Of a stretch of 64,000 nt of DNA, positions 61,990 to 64,000 are shown piece by piece (position 1 is the stretch's first letter; the number at the start of each line of letters is the position of its first letter). The stretch is from an uncultured Chryseobacterium sp. (GTDB taxonomy: Bacteria > Bacteroidota > Bacteroidia > Flavobacteriales > Weeksellaceae), in the NCBI RefSeq assembly GCF_913775525.1, contig NZ_CAJYLH010000034.1. The stretch is one strand, 5' to 3'. The notes beneath the pieces were generated by a model that saw only the letters and a program-made list of their open reading frames with translations, made no database searches and was not told the origin of the DNA. The translations under genes and the position numbers were made by a program.

Positions 61990-63159
61990 TTAAAGTGTCA
62001 GGAAAGCATACCCGAAAGACAGGACGGAAATAACGATCCCGGCCATAAAAATCTTGTAGGTAGTAGACAGAAGCTTATACTTACGGTCCAGGACTTTTCC
62101 CAGGAAATACAGGTCTTTCACCATAGAGTCATAAATATAGTCCCGGTCTTTGATCAGGACATTCATCGCTTCCTGGTAATCCTCAAAAAGCATCCTGTTA
62201 AAATTCCCGAAGAATAATAAATTCACTTTACGGTCCTTAACATCCTGAAGGGTGAACCTGGCTTTCGTCACATTCGGTTTGGTAGACAGGATGGCAAAAA
62301 TGATGGTCAGCACACTGGAAAGAAGCAATATAAAGCTTGGGATGATCAGGTGTGAATTCCTTGGTGCATCCAGTTTTGGGACGAGGACGGAAAGGCACAC
62401 GGAAATGATGATCGCATTAACGGATAGCAGGATATTGGCCTTACTGTCCGCGATATCACTGAGCCTGGTATGGTTGCTCAGGGTTATCCTGAACAGGGTA
62501 TCCACGCTGCGGTCCGATTTTTCTTTTTTGGAGTCCGCAGATTCTTTCCGGTCTTCTTTTTTATCCTCTTCCCTGATGAGTTTTTTCTCAATCTTTTTTA
62601 TATTTTTCTTTTTTAGCGGCTCCCAGTTCTCTTTGGCATAATCGGTATAGAATTTGTGTTTGTTCCTGAGCATATTGAGATTACCTTCATTCCATTGCTC
62701 ATTGGAAAAACATCTTACATTGGTCAGCTCCCATTCTTTTCGCAAAGCATCGGAAATATCATTGTAATCATGGCTTGCGAAATGGCTGCAGTCTGCATCT
62801 TTCACAATCTTTTCCAGAAGGGTTCCGGGTTCATGGGTGATTTGGGTGGCTAAGATCAGCCGGGCGATATCATCAATCTTATGTTGAGGATACTGTTCCT
62901 GCTGAAGGAAATTCTTCATGATGTCAACTCCTTTCTCCTCATGATTCTCAGGGCTCTCCACGTATCCCGTATCATGGAACCAGAGGGCCAGCATTACTTT
63001 TTCCTGGTCTTCTGCGGAAACCGGGGTATGTTTCATGATTTCTTCCGCCTTATTGACCGTATATGTAGTATGGACGAAATTATGATAAAAATATATAGAA
63101 GATAACCTGTTTTTAAACAAGGTTTCCACATAATCTTTAGCTTTGTGTAAAATATTCAT
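61990..63159 (-). CDS. HD-domain phosphohydrolase fused to a C-terminal Pycsar-effector-like (DUF5706-type) transmembrane module
   Basis: The HD motif is YHNFVHT...LALWFHDTGY. A K/E-rich linker follows, then LSNHTRLSDIADSKANILLSVNAIIISV and three further TM helices. Confidence 0.6.
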   Translation of the reverse strand: MNILHKAKDYVETLFKNRLSSIYFYHNFVHTTYTVNKAEEIMKHTPVSAEDQEKVMLALWFHDTGYVESPENHEEKGVDIMKNFLQQEQYPQHKIDDIARLILATQITHEPGTLLEKIVKDADCSHFASHDYNDISDALRKEWELTNVRCFSNEQWNEGNLNMLRNKHKFYTDYAKENWEPLKKKNIKKIEKKLIREEDKKEDRKESADSKKEKSDRSVDTLFRITLSNHTRLSDIADSKANILLSVNAIIISVCLSVLVPKLDAPRNSHLIIPSFILLLSSVLTIIFAILSTKPNVTKARFTLQDVKDRKVNLLFFGNFNRMLFEDYQEAMNVLIKDRDYIYDSMVKDLYFLGKVLDRKYKLLSTTYKIFMAGIVISVLSFGYAFLTL

Positions 63160-63185
63160 TCCTGAAATTTGATTAACGTAAATTT

Positions 63186-64000
63186 ATGAATTTATCCCTG
63201 AAAACTCATCTAAAAAGATTCTCAGTTCCGCTGAGATTTCTGCTGGTCCCGAGCCTGCTGTATTCCTGTGCGACCTACACGGTAAAAAAAGGTGAAAACC
63301 TTTCGGAAAAAGATGCCTCAAGATCCATGCCTGAAACTGATTTCAAGGTCTTCCTCATCGGTGATGCCGGCAATGCAGATGAAACCCAGGCCCAATATAC
63401 GCTGAATGCGCTCAAAGATAAGCTTGATTCCGCCAGCCAGAATTCAATGCTGATCTTTCTGGGAGATAATATCTATCCTTCCGGAATGCCTAAGGAAGAC
63501 GATCCGGGCTATGCGCTTGCCAAACAGAAACTGGAAGACCAGCTTATGGTAACCAAAAATTTCAAAGGGAGAACACTGATAATCCCCGGAAACCATGACT
63601 GGTACCACGGACTGGACGGCCTGAAAGCGCAGGAAAACATGGTCAAGGCCTACATGAAAGATAAAAAGGCATTCCTTCCCAAAAACTCCTGCCCTATTGA
63701 TGACATCAACCTTACCGATGATGTGAAGCTTATCGTGATTGACACGGAATGGGCCCTTGCCAACTGGGACAAGCATCCCGGAATCAATAAAGACTGTGAT
63801 ATCAAAACCCGGGAAGGCCTGTTCACGGAATTCAAACACCTCATCAATAAAAATCAGGATAAAAGGATCATCGTAGCCCTGCACCACCCGATCATCAGCA
63901 GCGGAACCCATGCCGGATACAGCTCGGCAAGGTCCAACCTCTTCCTGCTGGAAAGCAAAATCCCGGCTCCCGGGATTGCGACAGTGGTCAATGTGCTGAG
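63186..64000 (+). CDS. calcineurin-like metallophosphoesterase lipoprotein (N-terminal part; runs off the right edge)
   Basis: Own translation: MNLSLKTHLKRFSVPLRFLLVPSLLYSCATY...FLIGDAGNAD...FLGDNIYPSG...IPGNHDWYHG...ALHHPIISSG. It has a lipobox and the GD / GDxxY / GNHD metallophosphatase motifs. It is not in the ORF track because it has no stop in the window. ORF 63444..63911(-) is its antisense shadow. Confidence 0.75.
   Translation, partial: MNLSLKTHLKRFSVPLRFLLVPSLLYSCATYTVKKGENLSEKDASRSMPETDFKVFLIGDAGNADETQAQYTLNALKDKLDSASQNSMLIFLGDNIYPSGMPKEDDPGYALAKQKLEDQLMVTKNFKGRTLIIPGNHDWYHGLDGLKAQENMVKAYMKDKKAFLPKNSCPIDDINLTDDVKLIVIDTEWALANWDKHPGINKDCDIKTREGLFTEFKHLINKNQDKRIIVALHHPIISSGTHAGYSSARSNLFLLESKIPAPGIATVVNVL

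Noticed and set aside
63444-63911. 155-aa minus-strand ORF near the right edge
   Set aside because: The plus strand carries an open frame from 63186 to the window end with GD / GDNIY / GNHD metallophosphoesterase motifs. The minus-strand ORF is its shadow.
1-64000. CRISPR arrays, rRNA operons and additional tRNAs
   Set aside because: No regularly spaced direct repeats of 25-40 bp, no rRNA-like conserved blocks, and no other cloverleaf-compatible segment were seen when reading the intergenic regions. Only the tRNA(CAU) at 33331-33405 was found.

Overview
The window is a chromosomal segment from a Bacteroidota genome, probably Flavobacteriia and Chryseobacterium-like. Supporting signs: a T9SS C-terminal sorting tail on a secreted nuclease, TAnnTTTG -7 promoter motifs, a short NuoG, TonB-dependent receptor loci, and no Shine-Dalgarno-style leaders. 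All calls come from reading the sequence and ORF translations by eye; no database or HMM search was run.

Most of the window is ordinary core genome:
- 1-4.2 kb: a RavA/MoxR-like AAA+ ATPase (cut by the left edge), deoD, and three hypotheticals.
- 4.3-11.2 kb: a LacI-controlled sugar locus on the minus strand (TonB-dependent receptor, GH100/invertase-like hydrolase, P-loop kinase, SLC45-type MFS transporter).
- 12.9-20.2 kb: a signalling cluster with a REC-PAS histidine kinase, a 1203-aa CHASE3-HAMP-GAF hybrid kinase, CheR, a REC-less CheB and two single-domain receivers.
- 20-23.8 kb: map and a CPBP protease.
- 33.4-44 kb: housekeeping genes (mce, rbfA, FtsX-like permease, secreted endonuclease I, aroE, a DUF349 protein, ribD, YigZ, a Zn peptidase, a GNAT-like protein).
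- 44.4-58.7 kb: a complete nuoA-N operon with one extra beta-barrel-like gene between nuoF and nuoG.
- 58.7-64 kb: a GAF protein, a bestrophin-like channel, an HD protein with a Pycsar-effector-like TM tail, and a metallophosphoesterase (cut by the right edge).

The outstanding region is 23918-33342, a strongly AT-rich island of about 9.4 kb. It sits at the 3-prime end of a tRNA(CAU) gene and is bounded by a 13-bp direct repeat of that tRNA end. It has no integrase and carries a decayed ISL3-type IS.

The island cargo is a tightly coupled five-gene minus-strand operon:
- a 210-aa unknown protein;
- a 780-aa protein with an N-terminal MORC/MutL-type GHKL ATPase, a DHp-like His helix and a C-terminal histidine-kinase catalytic domain;
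- a 370-aa receiver-domain protein with an unknown C-terminal domain;
- a 237-aa unknown protein;
- a 623-aa gamma-class N6-adenine DNA methyltransferase.

I read this operon as a candidate methylation-linked two-component defence system that I cannot assign to any named system. No CRISPR array, rRNA gene or prophage is visible.
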